A DNA stretch of 63,559 nucleotides, the filler included, from Dicyema japonicum (taxonomy: Eukaryota; Animalia; Dicyemida), in NCBI GenBank assembly GCA_011109175.1. It is 7 parts of 7 records of this genome, joined end to end, with 100 filler letters (N's around TTAATTAATTAA, not from the genome) between each part and the next. Parts side by side here need not be neighbours in the genome. Positions count along the whole stretch, not along the records: positions 1 to 17,926 come from RDEW01000085.1; 6 more parts are not named here. One strand, written 5' to 3'. Below the pieces are notes generated by a model. That model saw only the letters and a list, made by a program, of their open reading frames with translations, did not search any database and was not told the origin of the DNA. This document shows, in pieces, positions 1 to 12,455 of the stretch (positions within the stretch are counted from its first letter, which is position 1; each line of letters begins with the position of its first letter). The position numbers were made by a program, and so were the translations under genes.

Positions 1-136
1 ATCCTTTCCAGAAAGAGTGACACCTTTTTAGGTGAACTACAAGAGACCACGTTAAGCACGTGTTAGAAAATCAAAGTTGGGAATTAGCATAGTGACCTAT
101 TTAATTAATTCAAACATCAAACAATTTATTCAAATA

Positions 137-1108
137 TTAATAATTTTTATTCAATGCCCGAATAATATAGTTAATATCTAATATTATATTAACATTACTT
201 ATAACAGAATCGTCACTCACAGTGAATATGTAGTAGTCCTTCTTATACAGTCCCATACGGTAGGTATAACCAGAACGTTGACATATGCAGTCTTCCAAAG
301 AATTCATATTTCTTCTACACGGCATCAGAAACTTCTTCATCTCTCTGCAGATCTCGTCGAAATCTACTTTGAACCCACTCCCTGATTTCGCGACTTTCTA
401 ACAATAACCCTTCGAACTACCAGAAAAGTCGACTTTTCAAACAAGGCAGCCTGTTCGATCAAATTGTCCACCCTGAACTCGTCCAGATCCCTCTGAATCT
501 CTTCAATGTTGGGGATCAGGTTTTTTACAACTTGCGACCATGAACTATACAAGGATGAGTTCATTATTGAGGTCGGAAAGCACACAACGTCGAAATCTTT
601 ACAGACGTCGGAAATACGTGTTTTCCATGACTCAAACACTTTCTTTTTGTTGCTATCGGAGATGAGGTCCATCTTGTTGACCATGCAGAACGCTTTGGCG
701 GTGGGGGAAAACTCTCTCAGACATTTCATACAGTTATGCAATGTCTCCATATTATTCTTTGTATCATTGCTTCTGGCATCGAGTACGTAGATAAGCATGC
801 GGGTATTTATAAACACTTCGTGACGCCGGGAGGTGAAATATTGTTCCATGAATGTGTCTTGTCCCCCACAATCCCATAGTTTAAGAATCAGATTATTCTG
901 AAAGTGAAAGTTTGTATACTCCACGTCAACTATCATAGTTATAAGACTGCAAACGTGTGGCTGCTACTCTGGAAGTGTCCATTGGTAAAGTATTTGAGAA
1001 AATGATCCCCCTCATGCTAGTTTTACCTGCATAACTGAGTCCCATTAGTAGAATCTGTTAATTAAGCACATTAATTACCTTGTCACTGGGTCTGTTTCGA
1101 AGGTCCAT
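137..1108 (-). CDS. RRAGA: Rag GTPase RagA/B (Gtr1 family), 4 exons, 299 aa
   Basis: Exons 1108-1079, 1054-955, 929-421, 397-137, joined across GT-AG introns of 24, 25 and 23 nt. Protein: MDLRNRPSDKILLMGLSYAGKTSMRGIIFSN...LKLWDCGGQDTFMEQYF...VNKMDLI...FPTSI...ALFEKSTFL...FDEICREMKKF. G1/G3/G4/G5 motifs match RagA/Gtr1. A versus B paralog cannot be distinguished. Confidence 0.93.
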
Positions 1109-2639
1109 TTATCACCAGGATTACTGTTTTAGAAATATTTGGGACATAAGTTATTTATTTCAATTATATTATTTTCATAATCTAATAAATTATGTCAATT
1201 TATATTAATATTAATTTAAAACCAATCCCACATACTTTGGGACTCATCTTTACTTTTAATGCATTGGATGGAGTCTGTTTCTGTGACAGTGAGAACTGGA
1301 TGCAGTTATTTGGTGTTAACTTCTTTCTCGGTGTATCTGAGGTTAATGATCATTTCATCTGGACATTTTCAATCTCCGCGATTTCTCCCTAATGACAGAC
1401 TACCTAGTCTCAAGTTTAAAACTATGCCACTTTAAAAATTTTATTAGTCATCTTTCCTATTTGCATTATATTCAAATGACGAATTTGATATTCATAAGGT
1501 CATATAATCTTATTCCACTAGTTACGTTTTTTTAAACGAAACAAAAAATTAAAGTTAGAGGTCCACAGCCATCATACCTGGGTGACTATTATCTCTAAGG
1601 ATTTTAATGGCCAGTATCCTTCGTGGGGATCTTCCACTTATTGGTTGATAAAACATATGAGATTTAGGAGTCACGTGGTTTTATTGATGGTTTGACTCTT
1701 TAAATCAACCGGAGGTTTTTAAGTTATTCGAACAATTTCGTTAATTGGTCGGAGGGTCGAGGTGGCGTACGTCTATCGAACGAGATATCAACCTTCTTTA
1801 TGGCGGATGAAACCCCTTGTTTTCCTTCTCGTGATCATGAACGAGGCAACGGACTCAGGAGATATCAGAAACCCAAGTTCTAAACAGAGAAAGTGAGCGT
1901 TGATCCTAGAATTAAATCTGCCTTTGAGAGTGAGAAGGATAAAAAGTCTAGTTAGGGTGTTTATAACAACTTCAGTCGTCCTCAAAAGGATATAAGATTT
2001 TTTGGCAAAAAAATNGGACTCAGGAGATATCAGAAACCCAAGTTCTAAACAGAGAAAGTGAGCGTTGATCCTAGAATTAAATCTGCCTTTGAGAGTGAGA
2101 AGGATAAAAAGTCCAGTTAGGGTGTTTATAACAACTTCAGTCGTCCTCAAAAGGATATAAGATTTTTTGGCAAAAAATTATATTTTGTATTTGACTATCG
2201 CTTTAAGTGGGTTGTACCTCCAATTCCGAAGTAATGCCTAGATTGGACTCGACTGGTTCCTTTGAAATTGTCAGTGGACCCAGACTCTGTTATGTGTATT
2301 TATCAAACCTTCGTTTGAAAAGTTGATTGATCCTGACTCCATCTAGCCTTTTACATTCTTAGCTTTCTACAATTCGGACAAAATTCGAAGTCATTTCATT
2401 TTGCTCCTGCGTAAAAAGAAAGAAATAAGTGAGTGGTGGTATAAGATTAGAACACAGCTGTTTTACACGAATATTGGGTCAGAGTTGTGAATGCTAATTT
2501 CAACAGAAATTAGTACCAACCAGAGGTCTTTGAAAAGACTGCAGCAAAAAATCTAATGCAACAAAAAGTCGGAAAATCTTTAGTCCGGAAATCAGAGATC
2601 ATCCAAATGATTTTTTCCTGAAAGTTAAATCAGTGAATC

Positions 2640-3760
2640 ATGCATTAAGTCATTATTTGATTCTCACTTCCAACTCGAGACGTATTCCTTTGAGGATCCC
2701 AAGGTCCGTGAGGGTGGCGGTAGCCGCGGCTATTGTCCGCACTCTTGAGGGCTACCTCGTCTTTGGAGACTATGGATTGGATTTTTTATTTCTTTTTGGA
2801 AACCACTTCCAACTCGAGACGTATTCCTTTGAGGATTCCAGGGTCCGTGAGGATGGCGGTAGCCGCGGCTCTTGTCCGCACTCTTGAGGGCTACCTCGTC
2901 TTTGGAAACTATGGATTGGATTTTTTATTTCTCTTTGGAAACCATCCCTGAAGCCATTTCTACCTTGGAGAATAAACCTCCCTCTCAGCGGGGGTTTGGA
3001 TGGTTTACGCCCTAGGCATATCAGAGACCGTTTGTCATTTTTAACTTTTGAGGCGTGAGCTCATCTTATGCCATCGTTAACCAAACTCGTAAGCTTGTTT
3101 GCATTCGGGAATATCCCTCCCATAGCCCGTGGACTTTTTTTTATACCATATTCTTTCCCCGTTGGAACTCTATCCCTAAGACTTGCTTCAAAACTTTCGT
3201 GTGGCCTTGTCATCGATGATCTGTCTTCCGAAGTGAAACCTGTACAACTCGGAGTGGGCGTCCGCGGCGGGTCCGCTCGTTCCTTTGTGAACTATTGTAA
3301 AGATAACCCTGGGAGTATTGTGAATCTGAACTTTTCTAGCACTTTTAATTCTGTGAGAAAGGACCATCTTCTGGAAACCGTTTTGAGGAGATCCCCAAGA
3401 ATTACTAACATTATGAACCTCGCATACATACTCCAACCCATCTCGTTATTGGTGGTGATCTCATTAAATCATCGACTGGGATCCAACTAGGTGATCTTAG
3501 TCCACTTTTTTTTGCTTTAGCAGTTGATGAGGCTGCCCGTTTGTGTGTGACGACTTTAAATCGGTGGATCTTCCGATTCGGTTATGAAAAGTCTTGGAAT
3601 ACTTCCCATTCTTAGCAGTTATGGACTCGAGAATTAATGCGAGTAAATCTGAAATTTGTAATCTGAGACCCTCGTAAGATGAATTCTTTAATCACGATAC
3701 AGAAGCATGTATTTTTTTCCGATGCTGCTATTACTGATGTAAAACTCCTTATTATTTTGG
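2640..3760 (+). mobile_element. CRE-clade non-LTR retrotransposon remnant (RT region, frameshifted)
   Basis: Pieces translate as SAGGLDGLRPRHIRD, GNIPPIARGLFF, PVQLGVGVRGG, LNFSSTFNSVRKDHLLE and TGIQLGDLSPLFFALAVDEAAR, the RT signature of animal CRE-like elements. Confidence 0.8.
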
Positions 3761-4082
3761 ACTCTCACATTTCCACAGTTTATCCCTCAATTTCGATAAC
3801 ATGGGATTGAAGGAAGTATTCTTAAACACTAATCCCTTAATTATTAAATAGATGATTTATCCTCAATATAGGCAAATTCTTCTTCTAGTAAATGCCCGTA
3901 GAGACTTTTGGCATTTTTAGCTCTCGCAAAGTACAATTCATTGAGAAGGTTGTCTTCCTTATGTAGATAATCGTTTCTGTTATAGTGCAGCAACGAAAAA
4001 TAAATTTGCAAAATTTTTAGGGATGTTGAATGTCCTTCGGATGTCATTACTGCATGGTCTTTGGATAATAGATAATATTACT

Positions 4083-4422
4083 ACTAGGGCGATTTTTGTC
4101 GATAAAGTCAAAGTCAAAAATTCATATATAACTATCTAAAAAAGTGTCCCTCGACATCATTATAAGCTGAGAGAAGTTTTTCTTTATTGGAAAAATTAAT
4201 ATTTAAAGACCGAAATTTTAAACTCGAAAACGTTTTGAATTACATCATTCTGTATCTTAATAAAAATTTTGATTAGTTTTTTATATTAAAAAAATTTTTT
4301 TTGTAGATAAATCAATCATAAATTTAAAAAAAAGTCAAAATTTTGGAATTTTAAAGTCAACAAAGTCAAATATTTAGGTCAAAATTTCCGATTTACAAAG
4401 TCAAAATAAAAATCGCCCTAGT
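4083..4422. mobile_element. MITE-like element with 15-bp perfect terminal inverted repeats
   Basis: ACTAGGGCGATTTTT at 4083-4097 and its reverse complement ending at 4422. The interior is AT-rich and non-coding with repeated AAAGTCAAA. No clear TSD. Confidence 0.6.
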
Positions 4423-4568
4423 TGTTACCACAATGTCTACTGTCACTAAGACCAATACATCCAGGTTACTGCCCTCAAGTAGAAGCTGGAAATAATGTTG
4501 AATAAACACAGTTCATTGAGCTATAATTGGAATAAACTGATCAAACTTATTAAGCGTAATGTGATTTA

Positions 4569-4779
4569 CAAGTGATCAGGAGACTCCCAGTGCTCTGTTG
4601 GCCGCTAAAAATATCTTTCTTTCTTTATTGGAGGGGTTTCCACACTAGCGGATGTAGGTGAAAGTGATTTTTTTCAAGTTATCAGGAGACTCCCAGTGCT
4701 CTGTTGGCAGCTAAAAATATCTTTCTTTCTTTATTGGAGGGGTTTCCACACTAGCGGATGTAGGTGAAAGTGATTTTTG
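4569..4779. repeat. Tandem ~105-bp duplicate; dispersed repeat related to 15990-16090, 29290-29390 and 49620-49949
   Basis: Two near-identical units. The GGAGGGGTTTCCACA core is shared with ~49797-49811. Confidence 0.6.
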
Positions 4780-6329
4780 GAAGGAGTGGTTTCATCCTTT
4801 TTAATTCAGCATACCTATAGATTCTATAACTAAGCACAAATGAGGTAAAAGTGAGATCTTCTTAATATCAAAGTAAGGTTGGTTAAATCTTCAGTAAATC
4901 TTCAATTAAAATGGTAAAAAATTCAATTTATAAAATTGTGTTAAAATTAGAATTTTGAGATCAAATCGAGGATAGGAACCACGTGCCTTACTAACATGTA
5001 GAACGCCGTCTACCATCAAACGTCCAGCTGAGAGTGTTGGACGCTCTCATAAGTCTTTTAATCTTATTGGTGGTCCTGGTCAGAAAAGGATTTGATTGAT
5101 GATATCACTGAGTCAGTGTAGTTAAATAAATACTTGAAACAAAAACAGAAAATAATAGAATTTATCGCTTAGTTTCTTAAAGAAACTTGGACGCCTAGCT
5201 AGATACATTAAGAACCCAAGACGTACGTGAGACTCGGTGGCTTCTCCATTTGATGTCTGCTGTAATCACGAGAGGCAACTCAACGTCGATTATGTCGGCG
5301 GGGACCACTTTTGATTGATTTTTGTGTTTTAATAAAATATTTGTTATTAATTGATAATTTTATTGTTAATAAATTTTTGAATTTGAAAAAAAAATTAAAA
5401 AACACTTTTAAATGTAAAAATTAAATTAAGGCATCTGAATGGCCATGCTATTTCCCCTAACAATAGCCAACGAGATACGTTCTCGGAGCCAACCAGTCTC
5501 TCGCGGATCCTTGTTTACAGATTGATAATTAAACAAAAAAATAAAAATATTATGTGAAGCGACGACATCTAACTAAGCAAATGCCTAACAACGACATTCC
5601 GGGTTAAGACGTCTATAAAAAATTGGGAATTTTAATCAGAAAAATCCAAATTTTAAACACATTGACAAGTTAATGAACTAATGGATAGAAAAACATCATG
5701 AATCTTCGCCTTAGACAGTATGAGACCTCTTCAAAGTCGATCCTCGTTTGTAATACAGATTCAATGGGAATAAAAAGCTTAAGAGACATGACTCAATCAT
5801 TCAACATATTTATGGTCTTTTTGGACTGAAGTTGCCAATGCTGATTGAAAAGAATGCGTTATATGTAAAAATGGTCCAAATAACCCCAAACTCTGCTAGT
5901 CAAAAGGGCACGATGAAATCTGTTTGAAATTCTAAAAATGGAGCAAACACAGCACAAATGGCATCATGAAAGACCATTCTACGATATCTGGGAGAAAATT
6001 TTGTTATGGTTTACGTACGATGCTTCCTGGAGTTCTTGATGGTGATCGGAGGAGTTTACTTTAAACACGTGATAGTATAAGCGATTTATTATATTTAGTG
6101 GTGACACCTATCCTGCTGCTACTGAAGACGTTAAATATCTAGTTAATCAAGGACCTCCTGACAGAACGCCAGCGAGATTGCCTCAAAATGACTTAATCTC
6201 TTGAGCACCCCTTTGGGCCAAAAGTTAGATCTTACCGAGAATCATCCCAAAGATATGAAAAGGAAACTTTTCCATTATAGAGACTAATCCTTGATTCTAA
6301 GACAAACTGTTAGATAATAATTGAAAAAA

Positions 6330-7260
6330 TGTGTAGTAGTTAGTGAACATAAAAGCAAAAAAAACTTTGGTGGATAACAAATCGAGGAGTTAGTTTGAAA
6401 TTGATGGATTATTCATAAACTATTAAAGATTTAAGAATGACGTGAATCATCTTTGTTGGAATTATTTTTGAATCGAATCAAAATGTACAATGACTTTTGG
6501 GGACCGGAAAACTAATAGATGACACTTAAGANTGTCAGAAGATAATTGAGGAAATGTGTAGTAGTTAGTGAGCATAGAAGCAAAAAAAACTTTGGTGGAT
6601 AACAAATCGAGGAGTTAGTTTGAAATTGATGGATTATTCATGAACTATTAAAGATTTAAAAATGACGTGAACAAACTTTGTTAGAATAATCTTCGAATCG
6701 AATCAAGATGTACAATGACTTTTGGGGACCGTAAAACTAATAGATGACACTTAAGAACTCAATCACATTCACCTAACACATTGGTGGTAAAGTGAAACTA
6801 TTGGGGAGTTATCGAACCACTTGAATAAATAAATAATATTCGGTGATGGAGGTTACTAATCAGAAGGGGGACTTCAACTACTCATATTAGTTATCCCCAG
6901 CCACACTCCAAATATATTAATTTGTGTTTACGGATTTGACCGAAGACTCTTTTTTGTGAAACACTTGGAAAGCTGGATAGCGTTGATATTTCTGAAGAAG
7001 TTGATATTTCCAAAGTTCATCTCAAAACTTTAGTAAGCAACTCTGAGCGCCACTCCATTATTCACAGTTTATTAGCAAATGTCATCTACCGAAGAGAGGG
7101 TGGTCAATGGTCTCTAATCTATGCAAAGTTATCTTCCATCCGAACTACCATTACCAGAGTTATCGGACATAATCCATGCCTCTTCTGCTATAACGAAAAC
7201 GTGGATTTCTAACCGAGCCAACCTACCAAACAACCTTTTCAATTACATCTTTAACAGATA
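6330..7260 (+). mobile_element. Degenerate Ty3/Gypsy-like integrase remnant
   Basis: WSLIYAKLSSIRTTITRVIGHNP resembles the Gypsy integrase W-x-x-x-L-x-x-x-x-x-A-Y-R-T-T...TG-x-S-P segment. Many stops. Confidence 0.4.
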
Positions 7261-9179
7261 TCTTAAAAACTCTCCAAAATAAAAATATGGTGAGCACTCT
7301 AACATTTAATCACTAAAACCTCTTCTGCTATAACGTAAACGTGGATTTCTAACCACAGCCAACCTACCAAACAACCTTTTCAATTACATCTTTAACAGAT
7401 ATCTTAAAAACTCACCAAAATAAGAATAAGGTGAGCACTCTAACATTTAATCACTAAAAAGTTTAAAAAAAATCTTTGCCCTTATTTTTGAATTCCACTA
7501 AAACCCACTTGGGTCAGTCTAAGGTCACCAAGAATTAAGATTCGTGGGATTCTAAAGTTAAAATTATTTCTATTATTACCCACGTGGTCAAGAGATATCT
7601 AAGTCTGTAATACCTCTTTTCTTCCATTATTTCTAATATTACCAACGTGGTCAGGAGATATCTACGCCTGTAGTACCACTTGTTCTTTATAGTCTGTAAT
7701 ATCAAATAAACCCAAGTGGTTAGTTTCTGGTTTTTCAAGAGAATTGTATAATAATGTTTTAGTGATAGATTTTTTTCTTATTTTTCATTTCTATTAGCAC
7801 CCACGTGGTCATTATGTGTTCCCTAGAACATTTTAAGGTGTAATTGGCAATAGATCTGTACTTTTGGTTTCTATTATAAATATGCACGTGGGTGATTCTT
7901 GGCATACTAAAAGAAGCATTTTGGAAATCGTGAGATATAATTTACGTCATTTTAATTATTTTTTTGAATCATAGAACACCTGATTACATCACAAGCGCAT
8001 CATAACGTGGGTACCAAGAAATAATAGGACAAAGAAAATCTAGCAAATTGGTTAACTTAAGAAGTCAGATATCGTTAAAGAAGGCTTTTTGTCATCAGTC
8101 TGCTGGTAGCTTAAAAATGTGATTTTTTAATATTATCTTATACGAAAACAATATCGAATAACTCCTGCTAAGCGGAGAGCGAGATGGAATGTGAGGAAAC
8201 AGCAAAAATTCATTATATTTGTGATAAGAAGACACGGATATTTTTTTAAGTTAAAAATTAAATATTTAATTTTTATTCCCTTACGAATAATTTAAAAATT
8301 TAATAGTAAATATTTAAAATTTTATAATTATTTAGTAGTGATTTGTTTTGGGGGGCCAAAAAATTCCATATTGCTACCAATAGTGCTTCGAACTCGGTGT
8401 TTTTATATCTCTTTTTCAACATGGATTTTATAAAATATCTGTTTAGATAATCCAGGATGATTATTTTGCTCAGAAAATAGATTTTCATTTATTTCTACTA
8501 TCATTCCTTCACCATCAATCGTTAATTAAACTGATAATACTGATTTTCGGTTTTAATGAGGTAATTAATTCATTTGCAGAAACCTCTCTCCTAAACATTT
8601 CCCAGTCTGCTGTTGTCGTCGAACACAGCCAAAATAATTGGAATAATAGCGTGTCTACGCCAAAAGAATTAAATTGGAATAATAGCGTGTTATTCACAAG
8701 AATAATTAATTTTTGACTGATTTATATAAAATTTGACGCTCAGAGATTTCGATGCAACCAAACGAGAGTAAAGATCAGAATCCCAAAATCTCAGGTTATT
8801 CGCTTAAGTTACTAGAAGCACACAGGGGAGGAGGTAGCATTAATTCAAAGCAGTCTTACAACTCTGAATGGGTAAATGTCACTGCAGCTGGTTTTAGCAT
8901 AGATACGCTTCAAATAGTATTGTAAATATTCCTATTCAAAGAAAGTGATAATTTTGAACAAATCTCGGAAGGATCCCCGTTATTCGGATTCGTTTGACAA
9001 AATCTAAAAAGACTTACGTTGTAGACGGAAACCGTTTCACTTCAATATTGGAAGAAGATAACAGAGATTACATGTCTAAAAACGGATATTATGATACTTT
9101 GTTATAAATTAAATTAATTTAAATATATTAAATTTAAAATTTTTCCATCGATGTGTGTCTTGTTTCTATTTTTATTTAT

Positions 9180-9510
9180 GCAATACACTGAACCATGAAT
9201 CTCTTATGCATGTGGTATATGGCGCCCTCTCATCTCTTGTACAAATGTCTTGAAGACCAAGGCTAAACGAAAAAGAGCCTCTAAAATAACGGAACGCTCG
9301 ATTTCTGGAGAGTTCCAGCCACCAATGTTTCTTGAAGCCCTAATACGAATGAACCGTGGAAAGTGCCATCGTGAATGCCAAGATTCAGTCACTCGACCGA
9401 TACGTGCTTGTGTGGGGTCGGGCTAAGATGAGGTCTCTGCTAGTGGTGCTGGGATAACGTGATTAGTTAGTTTGTGTAACCGCGCTCTCTGGTGTTATTA
9501 TTATTATATT
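9180..9510 (+). mobile_element. 3' end of Ingi/Vingi-like LINE
   Basis: QYTEP*ISYACGIW...RPIRACVGS is homologous to the C-terminus of ORF 54656-56671. Ends in a (TTA)n tract. Confidence 0.7.
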
Positions 9511-9689
9511 TTTTTATATGCACGTTATACCAAACCATATTAATGATTGTATTAACTAAAAGGAGTTGATTTATTATTATTATTAAGTGCATTTCCATGA
9601 AGAATAGAAACATTCTATAGCGGGAATAATGATTGGACTATATAATTTGCGTATGAAATCTTCTACTGTGTACGAGCTTTTCGCAACAA

Positions 9690-10260
9690 TTGCCATTCAA
9701 TTTTTGTAGTCCTTTCGTTGGATTTTGTCAGTGAAGGTCATCAATGATATGTCACGCCATTGATTTTTGGGTTCTTTGAAAAAGTTATAGTCATATATCC
9801 CAGGCGGACCTCGAGAACATCAGGTATGTTGGACAACCGCAACCGCCTTGAAGGGGAAAGTATTCTTTAAGGTGATGCCATCAACTGCATAGGCAGGAGT
9901 AATGTGTTTGGGTCATAAGTCTGTAGGATATTGTGAAGGAAGAAGTTGAATAATCTCAGAGAAAGAGGAGAGCCCTGTAGAACTCCATTTGGATGCAGTC
10001 GTGATCTCGATCTGCTGTCCGCTATGCATACTCTTCTGCTCCGTCGGGACAGGAGTTTTTCTAACCAGAGTTTAATGTTCGGGTGAACATTAAGTCGAAG
10101 ATGTTCTTTTTAAGGTGAGTCCTAGTGAGTTTAAAGGCCTTTTGTAAATCAATAGGAACCAACACCGTTCGTATATGGTTTTTTGAGGCACTAAGAAATG
10201 ATTGCTGACTACTTTTAGTTGGGATAGGGAAGGTTATCAACCATATTGGATGAGTTCACA
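9690..10260 (-). mobile_element. Ingi/Vingi-like RT fragment
   Basis: RTVLVPIDLQKAF...IKLWLEKLLSRR...PNGVLQGSPLSLRLFNFFLHNI, similar to the 671-aa ORF. Confidence 0.7.
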
Positions 10261-10479
10261 TGGATATTATGCTATCTCATTTGGGATGACATTATATTCT
10301 GGTCTAAAAATCGACAGGGAAATCTTTCACTGGTTAGCGACAATCCAATATTGATCGACACATATTATAAATCCAGCGAAAATCTATTATTAGTTTACAA
10401 TTATCTAATATTGGCGGAGTATTTTGTTCCATTCATGTCACCCTCTATTTGAAAATCTTTGTTTTTTGATCAGAAAATA

Positions 10480-10660
10480 TTAATGACCTGAGCCAACTGG
10501 TCCAACCGATCAATATTCTCCACGCCTTTCTGATGTGAGAGTGATATAAGAGTTTTCAACTCAAGCATCACTGAAATTCAATCGTTTACTTCCAAATGAT
10601 TCTCACACGTGGCCGCATTCTCTTGTGTACAGCAAAGCCCAGTCCTTGTTGAGGAAAATC
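10480..10660 (-). mobile_element. RTE-like AP endonuclease fragment
   Basis: QQGLGFAVHKRMRPRV resembles the G-V/L-G-F-A-V/I motif of RTE endonucleases. Confidence 0.4.
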
Positions 10661-10685
10661 GGATTCAACGAATAATAAGTTGTAT

Positions 10686-10874
10686 TCACTTTATTGTATT
10701 GCTCTCTGATTTTGGTCTCTTGCGAGTGGTAGATGAATTTAAAAGGATCGAGAGTAACTGATTTTTCTTGACATCTTCGTCAAGTCCGTACACGTTAATG
10801 AAGCAAGACTTAAAATCCTTGACAAAGAGAAAAACATAAAGTGAAATAGAGGAAATCACCACCACATCAAACAA
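10686..10874 (-). mobile_element. L1/Tx1-like AP endonuclease fragment
   Basis: CFINVYGLDEDVKK resembles the INVYGP-x-x-D motif. Short and degenerate. Confidence 0.35.
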
Positions 10875-12299
10875 ATCACCTCTTTATTCCAAGACCACTC
10901 TTAAACGAAAAAACAAGCAAACTAATTGATCCCAACAAATTTAATCCAGATTCACAGCTTTGCGCGATACTTCTTCCTCGATTCTACAAAAGCCCGTTGG
11001 AGTAGAGTTTTCTCCTAGTCACGTTTGATCAGGTCTCCTCCATTACTCCTTCGTATTAGGTTATTTTCGTTCGTAGACCACTTCTCTGTCATTCCAAAAG
11101 CCCTTTTTGTGTAGCCGCACTTTTTGCATTAGTCAAGAGATGTATGGTCCCCATAAGCACATCCATAGGAAATGCATGGCTCAATTTACTGAGTGTAATG
11201 TGTTCTTAGTATCTGATGGTATTCGATTTTCCATAGCTCCGTTAGGCTTTTCAGCAGGTTTATTATTTTCTCACATTTATTTTACAGATTTCCAACTTGT
11301 CGCGAGAAACACAAGCGTATCATGCATAACTATCAAAAAAGGGATTTTTAAATGAAAACCTAAAATTTAATTATTTTTTAAAAAAGTTTTGATTAATTTA
11401 AGTTTTTTTTAATTTATCTAAATTTATTGTTTTTATCAGGCGATTTATAATCTTAATTTGATTTTTCCGTCAAAAGATCTAACCTGGAGCAAAAACATGT
11501 ACACTTAATGTCCGCGCGTTCCATATGGACCCTTGAAAACAACAAGGTACTTGAGCGATTACCGCGCGCTCCAGAAATGCTTCTCCCAAGGGCCTGGACT
11601 CCCTACAATATGGACTGGAAAAGAAGGGTCTCTTTGCTTCCCTTAAACCAGCAGTAATGGACCTTTAAGTAGTCGTCAGTTTCCTACTTATTAGAGAAGC
11701 TTGGTTAGTAATTTAATTTATTGATTATTAACAGAAAAGCTCGATTTGATAACGTCATCTTTAATTTTGTGAGTGATACGGCATCTTTCAAGTCTATGAT
11801 TTTGTTCATCCACACGAAAAGTGGAATAGGTTGCATCTATTTTTACGGGATAAAAAAAATTTCGTTCGATATTTACTTGTCCACCTAAACTTCTCGTCCA
11901 ATTAACCACTTAACTGGTCTATAATTATAATAGCAAATATGTCGAGACAGTCTTGTACTGTCTACGTGAACCACCTGAATTCTGATCTTTAACCTTTCCA
12001 TTGTTTCACAGATAATATCTATTTATTTACCTCCAGTCTCTTCAAGTGGAGAAAATCGATAGCTGATAGAAAAGTAACGACCAAAAGCCGACGCTCCCAG
12101 AGATTTATCTGGCTTGGCGGAATTATTTTAAGTCTTTTTCGATTTCATTGACTTATGACTAATGACAATTTCCCCATTTTCACTTATAAGACCTCTCTTT
12201 TGGGAGGTGACATATGTCAGCTCATTTTATGAGTTGCATATTCTGATCATTCTGGCTGCTAAAATACCCACTCTGTCGATCAGAAAAATTCAGTCCTCG

Positions 12300-12455
12300 A
12301 GAATCGCTTCCTTTTTGTAGCAATCACTTTCAAAATTACTAGAGCAGTTGGCAGAATTGGTAAAGGAGTCATCAATAAAATCATAAACCCCTCATGAACA
12401 AAGATGGTTTTCTCAACGTCTTGCAATCGTCATCCTCCGCGGCAGTGAGCCGGGT
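12300..12455 (+). mobile_element. CRE-like element C-terminal remnant
   Basis: EQRWFSQRLAIVILRGS matches the CRE terminal W-x-x-Q-R-L-x-x-A-I-x-R-G-N motif. Confidence 0.5.

Noticed and set aside
506-790. Plus-strand 94-aa ORF, and similar ORFs such as 54825-55307, 55845-56096 and 22722-23159
   Set aside because: Antisense shadows of real coding regions (RagA, LINE RT, MAP3K4) with no independent motifs.
5170-5330. Weak resemblance of VELPLVITADIK to ETF-beta
   Set aside because: Similarity does not continue on either side and no splice pattern restores it.
7560-7740. ~60-bp imperfect repeats as a repetitive protein or regulatory array
   Set aside because: Only two to three degenerate units, interrupted by stops in the plausible frames.
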